Of a stretch of DNA of 64,000 nucleotides, positions 62,841 to 64,000 are shown one piece after another. Position 1 is the stretch's first letter, and the number at the start of each line of letters is the position of its first letter. A program made the position numbers and the translations under genes. The notes under the pieces are model-generated. The model saw only the letters and a program-made list of their open reading frames with translations, searched no databases and had not been told where the DNA came from. Source of the DNA: Octopus sinensis (Eukaryota). Where the stretch lies: contig NC_043005.1 of assembly GCF_006345805.1 (NCBI RefSeq), positions 72,416,001 to 72,480,000 of the forward strand, read 5' to 3'.

Positions 62841-63720
62841 TCCTCTGAGAAAACAATATTCAATAAAGCTACACCATGCTACAATGAATCCCTGAAAGTG
62901 AGTGGGTTTCAAAAATAGGAATACTTATCCAAAACCTCACAAACAAGCCATAAACCAAAGAAGTCCATTAAGAAGGAACACCACTAGGTGAAACCTGCCC
63001 ATTAGCCTAAATGTAGGGAGCAAAGTGGCAAAACACCTTCTTAATACGATTCACCAAGAAACTCTTTAATAAATAAAAAAACCACAAGCTACTATATAGA
63101 AACAACGTGAAAGTTAGCTACAGCCGCACAAAGATAAAACAAACAAAACATCCTATCTAAGTCATAAGCAAAAACATATGTTAAAACTCACAACCACATC
63201 CAAAACAGATACAACTACAATGAATCCAATCTTCATCTTTAAAGCGGAAATAATCAAAAATGTAAACTGCATGGCTGCAGTATTACAAGGAGGGTAAAGT
63301 ATCAAAAAATAAATTGGAGTCCCAAACAAAAATTTCAAGGCCAGATGTACATAACATATACACACCTTCCTATATATATATATGTGTGTGTGTTTGTGTA
63401 TACCCAGATATTAGTACAAATACAACATCTTCGTCAATACATATCTGGAATTTAAAAGAGAATATTATGAATGTCAACTGGATGATAATAGGTAGAATCA
63501 ACACTTATATAAATTATTCCATGATGTGCCCCCTATACACTAATGGAAAGTATAATATACCACTGTACCTAAGATGCTCGTTCAACAAGGGAACAAAATT
63601 GGTATCAGGCTGTGAAACCCATGATAAATTTGCTTTTTAGCAATGGTTTGGGCTATGAGCCCCTGATAATGCAACAGCAGCAGAAATAACAGTGAAGGCA
63701 CAACAATCTGAACAGAAATA
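62841..63720 (+). mobile_element. Penelope-like element 3' remnant (RT C-terminus, GIY-YIG region, pLTR)
   Basis: SSEKTIFNKATPCYNESLKVSGF, NLPISLNV...KHLL, RNNVKVSYS, IHIWNLKE..VNWMIIGR...CPL...K, NKGTKLVSGCETHDKF* (63640); decayed hammerhead at 63659-63699. Confidence 0.85.
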
Positions 63721-64000
63721 TAACATCAATACATATTAGCCCATGAAAGAGAAAAGTAGTTTAGAGACCCCATGCATAATAACACAACTGGATCACCACA
63801 ATATCTAATACATTTTTAGACTTCAGATAAAAAAAATAATACAATTTATGACTAATTTGACAGAAGAATAACTTGAAAATGGAACAACTAACAAATATAT
63901 CACAAACTTAATTAGCTACCTCAGATACAAAATATCAACTTTAGCAAAATGAGATATGAATGACATAACCAAGAGGCAGATATATGAGAATCATTAAACC

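Overview
AT-rich, microsatellite-dense animal genomic DNA, most likely Octopus. That is inferred from tRNA-Arg-type SINE heads, the RTE/CR1/Penelope repeat mix and a cox1 fragment in the invertebrate mitochondrial code. The only host protein-coding sequence I can support is two in-phase + strand exons of a tandem-CUB-domain protein (41333-41547 and 51635-51826, SOL-1-like). The rest appears to be intron filled with SINEs (several with clean TSDs), RTE, CR1, HERO-like and Penelope remnants, Helitron and piggyBac-type MITEs, a deleted Tc1/mariner element and an old cox1 NUMT. Nearly all track ORFs are microsatellite artefacts. The main unannotated signal is a set of short Penelope pLTR-like units in (TA)n tracts carrying minimal type I hammerhead ribozyme motifs. 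These include a near-intact copy (15889-15979), a U3-A8 compensatory variant (14841-14882), a head-to-head pair on opposite strands (8362-8543), and zero-loop dimer-type motifs, one in the loop of a 79-bp fold-back (37608-37821). Most lie antisense to the host gene, and the sense-strand ones are broken. All folds and alignments were done by eye.
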